Source: Acidobacteriota bacterium (GTDB lineage Bacteria; Acidobacteriota; Vicinamibacteria; Fen-336). Taken from it: a DNA stretch of 34,702 nucleotides. Position numbers and translations under genes: made by a program. The notes beneath the pieces are model-generated. The model ran no database searches. It was not told the DNA's origin and worked only from the letters and a program-made list of their open reading frames with translations. Positions 7,955 through 16,187 of the stretch are shown here, one piece after another. The stretch covers positions 1-34,702 of the forward strand of contig JBKPBQ010000624.1 in assembly GCA_046726955.1 (NCBI GenBank), read 5' to 3'. Every line of letters starts with the position of its first letter. Position 1 is the first letter of the stretch.

Positions 7955-10900
7955 CCGCGCCCCCTTCCTCGGAGCACCTTCATGAAGAAGCCCCAACCCA
8001 TGCCTGGCCGGCGTGCCGCGAACGCGGCTTTCGCTCGAACCGCCAGCTCGATCTCGGTTCCCGCGCCCTCACGGCTCCAGACGTTCAACCGACCACCGAT
8101 CCGCGCGGCGCGCTCGCGCATCCCCGTCATCCCCCAGTGCCCGGGCCTTCCCGACGCGGTGATCTCCGGGGCGATACCCGCGCCGTCGTCCCGTACCCGC
8201 AGCTCGAAGGCTTTCCGTCCGTAAGCGATCTCCAGCTCCACGCGCGCCGCGCGGGCGTGGGTGAACGCGTTCGTCAGCGCCTCGCGCGCGATCTGGAACA
8301 CCTCCTCCCGCACGATCGGGTGGAGCGGCCGCGCCGCGCCGAGCACCGTGACGTTGTACGCCGTTGCGCCATCACGGTTCACGGCCTCCGCCACGTCGGA
8401 CAAGGCTGCGTCCAGACTCTCCGTCCCCGGGGCCTCGCTGCGCAGACCGCGTACGGCATCCCGACCCTCCGCCAGCATCTCATCGCCGCGGGCGAGCGCC
8501 TGTTCGAGGCTCTGGCGCACCGGCTCCTGCGCCGAAAGTCGATTGGCCGCCGCCTGGACCTTCAGCAGCAGGCCGGTGACGGCCTGGAGCAGCGTGTCGT
8601 GCAGCGCGCGCGCGATCCGCTCGCGTTCGGCGAGGCGCTCGTTCATCAGGCCTTGAAAGCGAGCCTCTACGTGGCGCAGGCGGAGTCGATGCAGTGCCCA
8701 GAGCACGACGACGCCTCCCACTGCGCAAAGGGCTCGGAACACGTTCGTCTGGTACCAGGCGGGCGCGATGGTGAAGGCCAGGGCCGCGCCCTGCTCGTTC
8801 CAGACCCCGTCGTTGTTGCACGCGATGACCCGGAACCGGTAGTCGCCAGGGCCGAGGTCGTTGTAGAAGGCCTGGCGGCGGGTTCCCGCCTCCGCCCAGC
8901 CCGTGTCGCGACCCTCCAGCCGGTATCGGAAGCGGACCTTCTCGGGAGCGGCGAGGCTCAGCGCGGTGTAGCTGATCTGGAGATCGCGCGTCAGCGCTGG
9001 CAGGCGGAGATCAGCCGAGGGCGGAAGGCTCCTGCCGTCGGCGACGACGTCCTCGATGTGGACCGGCGGCGCGACCGTGTTTCGAGGCAGATGGTCCGGG
9101 TCGACCATCTGGAGCACTGTCCCGTTGGCGAACCACAACCGCCCATCGGCAGAACGGGCGGCTGCCTGGAAGAAAGCGAATCCCGGGTGCCAGCCGTCGA
9201 GGACGTCGAGGACCCGGGGGTGCACCTGGACGTCCGGATCCTTCCACCACCGGTCCAACTCCTCGGGAGCGAGCCGGAGCAGCCCGCACGCCGTCGCAAG
9301 CCACAGGCCACCGTTGCGGTCCTCGACGAGTCCCGTAGCCTTGTCGCAAGGCAGGCCGTTCCGCATGGTGAGGAGCCGTTTCGTTCCGTTGCGCCAACCG
9401 ATGAGTCCGAACGCCGCCGCCGCGAGGATCGAGCGGTCCCGGCCGACGATGATCTGCCCGATCGTGAGGACGTCGGGGACGCGACTCGGGTCGTGGCCGA
9501 AAGAAAAAGTCTCTAGCATGCCGCTACGGAGTCGAGCCAGCTCACCGCTCGCCAGCCCCAGCCAGACGCCGCCTTCGGGGTCCGACGCCATGCGTCGGGC
9601 GAGAGGAATGCGTGGCATCGGCAAGACCTCGGTGACCCGCTCCTCCTGGATGCGGATCAGCCTCCGGTGTGAGCCCCCGATCTCGGCCCAGACGCTGCCG
9701 TCCACGTCGTCGGCCAGGCCAACGACCAACCCCGGAGTGTCGATGCGCCGGAAACGGCCGTCGCGGAGGATTGTCAAGCGGTCGTCGATGCCAACCCACA
9801 GCCGGCCCGCACGATCCTCGAGCAACGAGGTCACCTGCCTGCCCGGAAGGCCCTGGCCCGCGCGGATGGAAGAAACCCTGCCGCCGCGAATGGCGGCGAG
9901 GGCCTGCTCACCGCCCGCCCAGACCGTCCCATCGCGCGAGGCGACGACCGTATCGATAACGTTGGTGCCGAGCCCTTCTCGCGCCCCGAAACTCACGACG
10001 CCGACGTCGCGGAACCTATCGAGACCACCTGTTTCGGTGGCGACCCAGATCGTTCCCTCGCGGTCCTCAAGAATCTGCACGACTCTGTCAGCCGACAGCC
10101 CGTCGGCGCTGTCGAACCGGTCCACCGTTTCGCCTTGAACGCGGTAGAGGCCCTGACTCAGTGTGCCGACCCACAGTACGCCATTGTGGTCGAACTGGAG
10201 CGCGGTGACAGTCAGAGAGCTGCCTTGCAATTCGGTAGCCACGAAGGGCTGGAGGGCTCCTCCCACCAAACGCTGTAGCCCGTGAACTCCAGCCGCCAGC
10301 GTGCCCAGCCACATCGAGCCGTCGGGTGCGGACAAAAGAGCCGTCACTCCTTGCGAGGGCTCCGTACCGAGCCGGGCCAGGCCTGGAAGCCGCACGGCGC
10401 GGTGCGCAGCCGGCGTCCAGCGCAGGAGCGCCGTGGTGCCGCCAATCCACAGGTCTCCAGCGTCGTCCTCGGCCAGGGATGTGAACGCGGAACTCTGGAG
10501 TCCCTCGGACTCCCCGTGGCATTGCACTCCTGAGCCCTGGACCTGGCACAAGGCTCCTGGCCTCCCGGTGGCGTTGCAAGCGAACCAGACGGTACCGTCC
10601 CGCGCCTCGAGCACGGACTCGACGTCGCACTCCCCGACGGGGTACTTGACGAGGCGCCCGTCCTTCCAGTGGGCCAGATACCCCGCGAAGGCACCGATCC
10701 ACAGCCCTCCATCCCGGTCGGCTGTGAGCCGGAAGCGAGCGCGGAAGGTCGCCGGCAGCAGCTGTCCGTCAGGAGGCGACCACGGGCTGAAGCGCGCGCC
10801 ATCGAAGCGGAACAGGCCGCCGTCCGTGGCGATCCACAGGAAGCCATCGCGAGTCTGGGCGATGCTCGTGAGATGTAAGCCACCGAAGTATCCGTCTCGG

Positions 10901-11016
10901 GTCCGCCAGGATGTGTGCCCGGACTGGGCGATCCGCTTGCTCGGATCGAGCGCCCAGGCCGGGCTCGCGGCCAGGAGCACCAATGAGCAGAACCGAGCTG
11001 ATCGCGAGGCGGTCAT
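7951..11016 (-). CDS. Sensor histidine kinase with periplasmic two-component-regulator propeller / Y_Y_Y domains (HisKA_3 + HATPase_c)
   Basis: It has a signal peptide and many 'DG.lW.GT' propeller blades. 'YRFRVIACNNDGVWN' is Y_Y_Y-like. A single TM segment 'FRALCAVGGVVVLWALHRL' follows. 'ERERIARALHDTLLQ' is the HisKA_3 H-box. 'DDGAGI' and 'GHWGMTGMRERA' are ATPase boxes. Confidence 0.88.
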   Translation of the reverse strand: MTASRSARFCSLVLLAASPAWALDPSKRIAQSGHTSWRTRDGYFGGLHLTSIAQTRDGFLWIATDGGLFRFDGARFSPWSPPDGQLLPATFRARFRLTADRDGGLWIGAFAGYLAHWKDGRLVKYPVGECDVESVLEARDGTVWFACNATGRPGALCQVQGSGVQCHGESEGLQSSAFTSLAEDDAGDLWIGGTTALLRWTPAAHRAVRLPGLARLGTEPSQGVTALLSAPDGSMWLGTLAAGVHGLQRLVGGALQPFVATELQGSSLTVTALQFDHNGVLWVGTLSQGLYRVQGETVDRFDSADGLSADRVVQILEDREGTIWVATETGGLDRFRDVGVVSFGAREGLGTNVIDTVVASRDGTVWAGGEQALAAIRGGRVSSIRAGQGLPGRQVTSLLEDRAGRLWVGIDDRLTILRDGRFRRIDTPGLVVGLADDVDGSVWAEIGGSHRRLIRIQEERVTEVLPMPRIPLARRMASDPEGGVWLGLASGELARLRSGMLETFSFGHDPSRVPDVLTIGQIIVGRDRSILAAAAFGLIGWRNGTKRLLTMRNGLPCDKATGLVEDRNGGLWLATACGLLRLAPEELDRWWKDPDVQVHPRVLDVLDGWHPGFAFFQAAARSADGRLWFANGTVLQMVDPDHLPRNTVAPPVHIEDVVADGRSLPPSADLRLPALTRDLQISYTALSLAAPEKVRFRYRLEGRDTGWAEAGTRRQAFYNDLGPGDYRFRVIACNNDGVWNEQGAALAFTIAPAWYQTNVFRALCAVGGVVVLWALHRLRLRHVEARFQGLMNERLAERERIARALHDTLLQAVTGLLLKVQAAANRLSAQEPVRQSLEQALARGDEMLAEGRDAVRGLRSEAPGTESLDAALSDVAEAVNRDGATAYNVTVLGAARPLHPIVREEVFQIAREALTNAFTHARAARVELEIAYGRKAFELRVRDDGAGIAPEITASGRPGHWGMTGMRERAARIGGRLNVWSREGAGTEIELAVRAKAAFAARRPGMGWGFFMKVLRGRGRG

Positions 11017-11261
11017 GCGTTATCAGGCCTCTGCATCACATCCGGAAAGCAGCCGCGACGAAGGGCGAAGCCGTCGGGCGTCTGGGCGATCCCCGTCGTC
11101 TTCGGCGGCATGCCGTCACGGAACGACCAGGCGGAGTGATGGTACTGCGTGATGCTTCGCGCAGGGTCGAGAGCGCTTGCCGCCGGCGGCGAGAGCAGAA
11201 GGACGCACTCAGCGTGAGCCGTCGTCTCGCCCCGCTGGCCAGACTCCCGCGGCCAGAACAC
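11013..11261 (-). pseudogene. Truncated N-terminal copy of a paralogous propeller-type sensor kinase
   Basis: The 82-aa ORF reads 'LLLSPPAASALDPARSITQYHHSAWSFRDGMPPKTTGIAQTPDGF'. This parallels the kinase N-terminus 'LLAASPAWALDPSKRIAQSGHTSWRTRDGYFGGLHLTSIAQTRDGF'. Similarity stops after 'DGF' in all three frames. Its stop overlaps the kinase ATG (ATGA). Confidence 0.5.
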
Positions 11262-11435
11262 CCGTCGACATGCGAAGGACGAAGTTTACCCGGCCCGCCA
11301 CGTTCTTCGCCTCGACCTGCTCGAATCCTCCAGGCGGTTGTGCGACACGGATATCGGAGGTCGATCCGTCTCGGAGCGTGTCCTAGAATGCGGCCTAGGA
11401 GGCCTGCTGATCGCGCCCCTGTTCCAGGAGGTCCG

Positions 11436-12223
11436 ATGTCATTCCGAGGACTCTCGGCCGCACTCTGCCTCGTCCTCTTCGCGCCGCTCACGTCCGCCCG
11501 CGCCGAGCGCCTGACGGACGAGCAGGTGAAGAAGCTCATCGAGGACATCGACCGCGGCTTCGACACCTGGAGGAACGCAACCTCGACGACGCCAAGATCA
11601 CGTCCCCCGAGCGCACGATCGACGTCAAGAGCTTCCTCAAGAACTTCGAGAAGGCGATCGACGACGTGAAGGACCGCTTCAAGCCGGAGTACGCGGCGAG
11701 CCCCGAGGTCCTGGCCCTCCTCCGCCTCGGCAGCGACGTCGAGCGGTACAACCGGCGCCCGAGCCAGACGCCGAGCAGCGCGTGGACGGCGCTCGGAGCG
11801 AAGCTCGGGAACCTCGCCGACGCCTACGGCCTCGCCTGGCCGGTCGAGAGCATCGACGCGCAGGCGGCGCGGCTCAACGACGGCGAGGTCGCCTCCCGCG
11901 TCGAGCAGATGGAGAGATCCGTCAAGCAGCTCGAGGACGAGGCGGACAAGGCGGCCAAGAAGGACAAGACAGTGGACAAGGCGACGCGCGAGCGGCTGAA
12001 GACGTCGATCCAGCAGCTCGAGCGCACGACGAAGGACGTGCGGGAGCGGGTGAAGGACGACCGGCCCGCCGCCACCGAGGTCCAGCAGCTCCTCTCGCAG
12101 ACGAGCAGCGTGAAGGGGATGCTGACGAGGCTCAATCCCTCGCCGGCCGCGGGCCCGTCCTGGCAGGGAGTCGAGGCGGGGACGAAGCTGCTCGCGCGCG
12201 CCTACGGCGTGCCGTGGCCCTGA
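11436..12223 (+). pseudogene. Secreted coiled-coil protein of unknown function, apparent 1-nt frameshift near 11565-11569
   Basis: An AGGAGG RBS precedes ATG 11436. The signal peptide is 'MSFRGLSAALCLVLFAPLTSARA'. Frame 0 is good up to 'DIDRGFDT'. Good coding then continues in frame 2 as 'LEERNLDDAKITSPERTIDVKSFLKNFEKAIDDVKDRFKPEY...'. The 788-nt length is one nt short of a multiple of 3. Confidence 0.6.
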
Positions 12224-12261
12224 GAGCGCGGAGCCCGGGGCAGAACTGGTTCATCGATCGT

Positions 12262-12306
12262 CTTTACACGGCTTTACACGCGGTCGTGATACCGTGATCT
12301 CGTGAG
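12262..12306 (+). repeat. Tandem CTTTACACG x2 (10-bp phase) followed by CGTGA(T) x3 (8-bp phase), immediately upstream of and overlapping the S41 peptidase start; candidate promoter/operator
   Basis: CTTTACACG occurs at 12262-12270 and 12272-12280. CGTGAT occurs at 12285-12290 and 12293-12298, and CGTGAG at 12301-12306. TTTACA resembles a -35 hexamer. The stretch is locally AT-richer than its surroundings. Confidence 0.35.
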
Positions 12307-13855
12307 CTCGCGGCGTCACTGGCTCGCCGTCCTCGTGCTGCTCCCCGCCATCGGGTGCGGAGGCAACAGCAGCGACAACTCGGGGGGCTGGACTGCCGGC
12401 ACCTTCGCGACATCCGATACGTTCGCCAACCAGTGCGCGACCCCCCGCACCGGCAACGATCCCAGCACGGGTCGCCCCTATCCCGACAAGGCGGGCTCGA
12501 CGGTCGCCGAGAACAACTTCCTGCGCTCCTGGACGCACGAGCTTTACCTCTGGTACCGCGAGGTGCCGGACCAGAACCCGGCCAACTACTCGACGCCCGA
12601 CTACTTCAACCTGCTCAAGACCACGGCCACGACGGCTTCCGGCAATCCCAAGGACAAGTTCCACTTCACCTACCCGACGGCGCAGTGGATCTCCCTGTCG
12701 CAGTCCGGTGTCCAGGCCGGGTACGGCGCGCAGTGGGTCCTCATCTCCACGAGGCCGCCGCGCCGGGCGGTGGTCGCGTACACGCAGCCGAACTCGCCGG
12801 CCACCGCGCCGGGAGTCCACCTCGCCCGCGGGGCGGAGGTGCTGACCGTGGACGGCGTCGACCTCGTCAACGCGACGGACACGCAGAGCGTCAACACCCT
12901 CAACGAGGGCTTGTTCCCGTCCGCGGCCGGCGCCTCCCACACCTTCTCGATCCGCGACCTCGGCGCCTCCTCGCCCCGCACCATCACCATGGTGTCCGCC
13001 GACGTCACGGAGACGCCCGTACAGAACGTCTCGACGATCCGGAGCGGCGGCAGTCGCGTGGGCTACATCCTCTTCAACGACCACATCGCCACGTCGGAGC
13101 AGCTCCTGGTGAACGCCTTCCGCGACCTCGCGGCGGCCGGCATCACCGACCTCGTCCTCGACATCCGCTACAACGGCGGCGGCTACCTCGACATCGCGAG
13201 CGAGGTCGCCTACATGATCGCGGGCTCCGGCCCCACGGCGGGCCGGACGTTCGAGCGGACGATCTTCAACGACCAGTACCCGAACCGGGACCCCGTCACC
13301 GGCGATGCGCTGACCCCCGTGCCGTTCCACTCGACGTCGCAGGGCTTCTCCGGCGCGCGGGACCAGCCGCTGCCCGCGGTGAACCTGCCGCGCGTGGCGG
13401 TCTTGACGAGCTCGAGCACGTGCTCGGCGAGCGAGTCGATCGTCAACGGGCTGCGCGGCGTCGGCATAACGGTGATCGAGATCGGAAACACGACCTGCGG
13501 GAAGCCCTACGGCTTCTATCCCCAGGACAACTGCGGCACCACGTACTTCTCGATCGAGTTCCAGGGCGTGAACCAGCAGAACTTCGGCGACTACCCGGAC
13601 GGCTTCTCCCCAACCAACGCCACGGGCCCCGTCGGAGTGTCGCTCCCCGGCTGCTCCGTGGGCGACGACTTCGCCCACGGCCTCGGCGACCCCAACGAGG
13701 CGCGCCTGTCGGCCGCGCTGGGCTACCTCGCCAACCAGGGCTGTCCGGCCGTGTCCTTCGCTCCCGGCACGCCCGGAGCCGAGGCGGCGGCGGCGCCCGT
13801 CGACGGCCTCGTCCCCAAGTCGCCCTGGCACCAGAACCGGATCTACCGGCGCTGA
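12302..13855 (+). CDS. S41-family (C-terminal processing / tail-specific type) serine peptidase, lipoprotein
   Basis: The lipobox is 'LLPAIGCGG'. 'LVLDIRYNGGGY' and 'VAVLTSSSTCSASESIVNGL' are the S41 core and Ser-nucleophile motifs. The start is GTG. Confidence 0.8.
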   Translation: MSSRRHWLAVLVLLPAIGCGGNSSDNSGGWTAGTFATSDTFANQCATPRTGNDPSTGRPYPDKAGSTVAENNFLRSWTHELYLWYREVPDQNPANYSTPDYFNLLKTTATTASGNPKDKFHFTYPTAQWISLSQSGVQAGYGAQWVLISTRPPRRAVVAYTQPNSPATAPGVHLARGAEVLTVDGVDLVNATDTQSVNTLNEGLFPSAAGASHTFSIRDLGASSPRTITMVSADVTETPVQNVSTIRSGGSRVGYILFNDHIATSEQLLVNAFRDLAAAGITDLVLDIRYNGGGYLDIASEVAYMIAGSGPTAGRTFERTIFNDQYPNRDPVTGDALTPVPFHSTSQGFSGARDQPLPAVNLPRVAVLTSSSTCSASESIVNGLRGVGITVIEIGNTTCGKPYGFYPQDNCGTTYFSIEFQGVNQQNFGDYPDGFSPTNATGPVGVSLPGCSVGDDFAHGLGDPNEARLSAALGYLANQGCPAVSFAPGTPGAEAAAAPVDGLVPKSPWHQNRIYRR

Positions 13856-13871
13856 ACGGGCGGGACGCGCC

Positions 13872-14237
13872 TTGTCCATCCTCGGGGTGATCGCGGGAGT
13901 GCTCGCCTTGGCCTCCGGTCACGCCCGCTCGGCGCAGGACGCGCCCGCCGTCGTCGCGAACCCCGGGCCGGACACCCGGGCGGAGCTGCGGCGCGTCGTG
14001 AGCGAAGCGCTCAACCGCGCGCCGGTCACCCTCGCGGAGGACGCGCTCGTCCACGAGACGACGCTCATCGTCGAGCGGGCTCGGGCGCGCGACGCCGAAG
14101 GCCGGCCCCTCGACGGACGCGAGAGAGGCCGGCCCGAGCACTTCCGTCTCGTGAAGAGCGGAGAGAGCTGCGTCCTCGTGCAGGAGAGCACGGGCCGGCG
14201 CTTCCCGCTCTCCGGCGTGACCTGCACGCCGAAGTGA
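13872..14237 (+). CDS. Small secreted hypothetical protein (two Cys near the C-terminus)
   Basis: High GC3 runs throughout. The N-terminus 'SILGVIAGVLALASGHARSAQ' is hydrophobic. The ORF starts with TTG and sits tightly between the flanking genes. I recognised no family. Confidence 0.5.
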   Translation: MSILGVIAGVLALASGHARSAQDAPAVVANPGPDTRAELRRVVSEALNRAPVTLAEDALVHETTLIVERARARDAEGRPLDGRERGRPEHFRLVKSGESCVLVQESTGRRFPLSGVTCTPK

Positions 14238-14244
14238 GCGGCCG

Positions 14245-15606
14245 ATGGCGGAGACCGACCGGTCGCGCCGGCGTCGTCTCGCGATAGCCGTCCTCGTCCT
14301 CCTCGTCGGCCTCTACTGGTGGGCCACGGCCTGCCTCGCGCGCGACCTGCGGCCGTGGGCGATCCAGCTCACGGACGTCGCGATCGGCCTCGGCCTCGCC
14401 CTCACCTGGGCGAGCGCCTGGTGCGGCGTCGCCCTCTGGCACGGATCGGGACGCGCCACCGCGGTGCGCGCGATCGCCGCGACGCTCGTGGGCCTGGAGA
14501 TCCTCGTCCTCGTCGAGCTCCCCGCTCTCGCCCACCGCCTCGACTACGCGGAGGTCCTGAGCGAAGCCCTCGGCGAGTGGAAGGGCCCGGCCACCGACTT
14601 CGTCTCGGACCCCGAGCTCGTCTACCACCGGCCCGCGCACGAGGTGTGGATGGGCCAGCCGCGCAGCGACATGGCGCGCGTCTTCAACCTCCCCATCCGC
14701 GCCCCGCGCCCGCAAGTCTTCACGACGGACGCCCGCGGCTTCCGCAACCGCCGCGAGCTCCAGCGCGCGGACGTCGCGCTCGTGGGCGACTCGTTCGTGG
14801 AGGGCGCCTACGTCTCCGACGACGAGACGGCGGCGGTCGCGCTGGAGCGGAAGGTCCGGGCGGTGGTCGCGAACCTCGGGCAGTCGGGCTACGGCACGCT
14901 GCAGGAGCTGAAGGTGATCGAGAAGGTCGCTTTGGACCTGCAGCCGCGCGAGCTCGCGTGGTTCTTCTTCGAGGGCAACGACCTCTACGACGACGCGGCG
15001 TACGAGGACGCGCTCGCCTACTACCGGGCGCACGACACCCTCGAGTCTCCGGTCTCCTGGACTCCCGACCTCCGGCGCTTCGCGGCGGCGTCGTTCTCCC
15101 TGAACGCCTTCCATCTCCTGCGCCGGCTCGCCGACCCGGTCTTCCCCAACGAGGTGGCGAGCGTCGGGTGGTTTCCCTTCGCGGGAGGCGAGGCCCGCTC
15201 GCTCTACTTCTACGCCGACGCCGCCCTCCGCTGGGACGCCTACGAGGGCGAGCGCTTCGAGAAGACGAAGATGGCGTTCCTCCAGGGTCGCGACGAGGCC
15301 GAGGCCCGCGGGATCCGCCTCCTCGTGGTGTTCATCCCCACGAAGTTCCGGGTCTACGGCGACTACTGCCGCTTCCCTCCCGAGAGCCCCTGCCCTTCCT
15401 GGCGTCCCTGGCGGCTGCGCGAGGACTTCGCGGACTTCTGCCGGAAGAACGGCATCGATCTACTCGACCTCACCGAGCCGATGCGCCGGGCGGCCGCCGC
15501 CGGCCGGCTGCTCTACGCGGCCGAAGACAGCCACTGGAGCCCGGACGGCCACCGCTTCGTGGCCGATCTCCTCGCCGACGACTGGCGGGCGCACACGGCG
15601 AACTGA
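14245..15606 (+). CDS. Membrane-anchored SGNH/GDSL-like hydrolase or O-acyltransferase (AlgX/AlgJ-like D-x-H-W motif)
   Basis: Three N-terminal TM helices are present. Block I is 'VALVGDSFVEGAY'. The C-terminal 'YAAEDSHWSPDGHRFVA' resembles the AlgJ/AlgX 'D.HW' catalytic motif. Confidence 0.65.
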   Translation: MAETDRSRRRRLAIAVLVLLVGLYWWATACLARDLRPWAIQLTDVAIGLGLALTWASAWCGVALWHGSGRATAVRAIAATLVGLEILVLVELPALAHRLDYAEVLSEALGEWKGPATDFVSDPELVYHRPAHEVWMGQPRSDMARVFNLPIRAPRPQVFTTDARGFRNRRELQRADVALVGDSFVEGAYVSDDETAAVALERKVRAVVANLGQSGYGTLQELKVIEKVALDLQPRELAWFFFEGNDLYDDAAYEDALAYYRAHDTLESPVSWTPDLRRFAAASFSLNAFHLLRRLADPVFPNEVASVGWFPFAGGEARSLYFYADAALRWDAYEGERFEKTKMAFLQGRDEAEARGIRLLVVFIPTKFRVYGDYCRFPPESPCPSWRPWRLREDFADFCRKNGIDLLDLTEPMRRAAAAGRLLYAAEDSHWSPDGHRFVADLLADDWRAHTAN

Positions 15607-15625
15607 GGCACCCACAAGTTTTTGC

Positions 15626-15657
15626 TTGACCCCCGAACGTGTTCGGCGGCGTAGTCT
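15626..15657 (+). promoter_or_regulatory. MerR-type promoter/operator: -35 TTGACC, 6-bp dyad inside an over-long spacer, -10 TAGTCT
   Basis: The layout is TTGACC (15626-31), a 20-nt spacer, then TAGTCT (15652-57). The spacer holds the perfect inverted repeat CCGAAC-GT-GTTCGG (15633-15646). This matches known MerR-family promoters such as merT and zntA. The RBS GAGAGGGAG and ATG 15686 follow. Confidence 0.55.
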
Positions 15658-15685
15658 CTCCGGCGGGTCACGAGAGGGAGCGGCC

Positions 15686-16186
15686 ATGAAGATGATCGAG
15701 GGAGGGCTCGCCCTGCTGATGGTCGGAGCGCTGGCGGCGGGCGCCCAAGACCAAGCGGGCTGTCCGCACGCGGCGGCGCCGGAGCACCGGGCCGACGTGG
15801 ATCGGCGCCACGACCACGCGACCGGCGTCCCCCACGAGGCGGCCGAGCACCATTTCCTCCTCGCTCCCGACGGCGGCACGATCCGCCTCGAGGTGAAGGA
15901 CGCGGGCCGGGTCGCCGAGCGCGACCGGATCCGCAGTCACCTCCAGGTCGTGGCCCGGTCGTTCGCCGCGGGAGACTTCGCGCTGCCGCTCCGGATCCAC
16001 GACCAGGTCCCGCCGGGCGTGCCGGTGATGAAGGAGAAACGAGCGGCCATCCGCTACGCGTACGCTCCCACCGAGCGCGGCGGTCTCGTGACGATCACGA
16101 CGAAGGATCCCGTAGCCCTCGCCGCCGTCCACGAGTTCCTGCGCTTCCAGATCTCCGATCACGGTACGGGCGACCCGACGGAGTAG
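15686..16186 (+). CDS. Periplasmic His-rich protein of unknown function
   Basis: The signal peptide is 'MKMIEGGLALLMVGALAAGAQD'. A His/Cys-rich segment 'CPHAAAPEHRADVDRRHDHATGVPHEAAEHHF' follows. The C-terminus contains 'HEFLRFQISDHGTGDP'. RBS is good and GC3 is high. Confidence 0.7.
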   Translation: MKMIEGGLALLMVGALAAGAQDQAGCPHAAAPEHRADVDRRHDHATGVPHEAAEHHFLLAPDGGTIRLEVKDAGRVAERDRIRSHLQVVARSFAAGDFALPLRIHDQVPPGVPVMKEKRAAIRYAYAPTERGGLVTITTKDPVALAAVHEFLRFQISDHGTGDPTE

Positions 16187-16187
16187 G

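Noticed and set aside
11361-11389. A candidate sigma70 promoter with -10 TAGAAT (11384-11389) upstream of the coiled-coil protein gene.
   Set aside because: The -10 is good, but the best -35 at 17-bp spacing is TCGATC (3 of 6 matches). I kept it only as a note.
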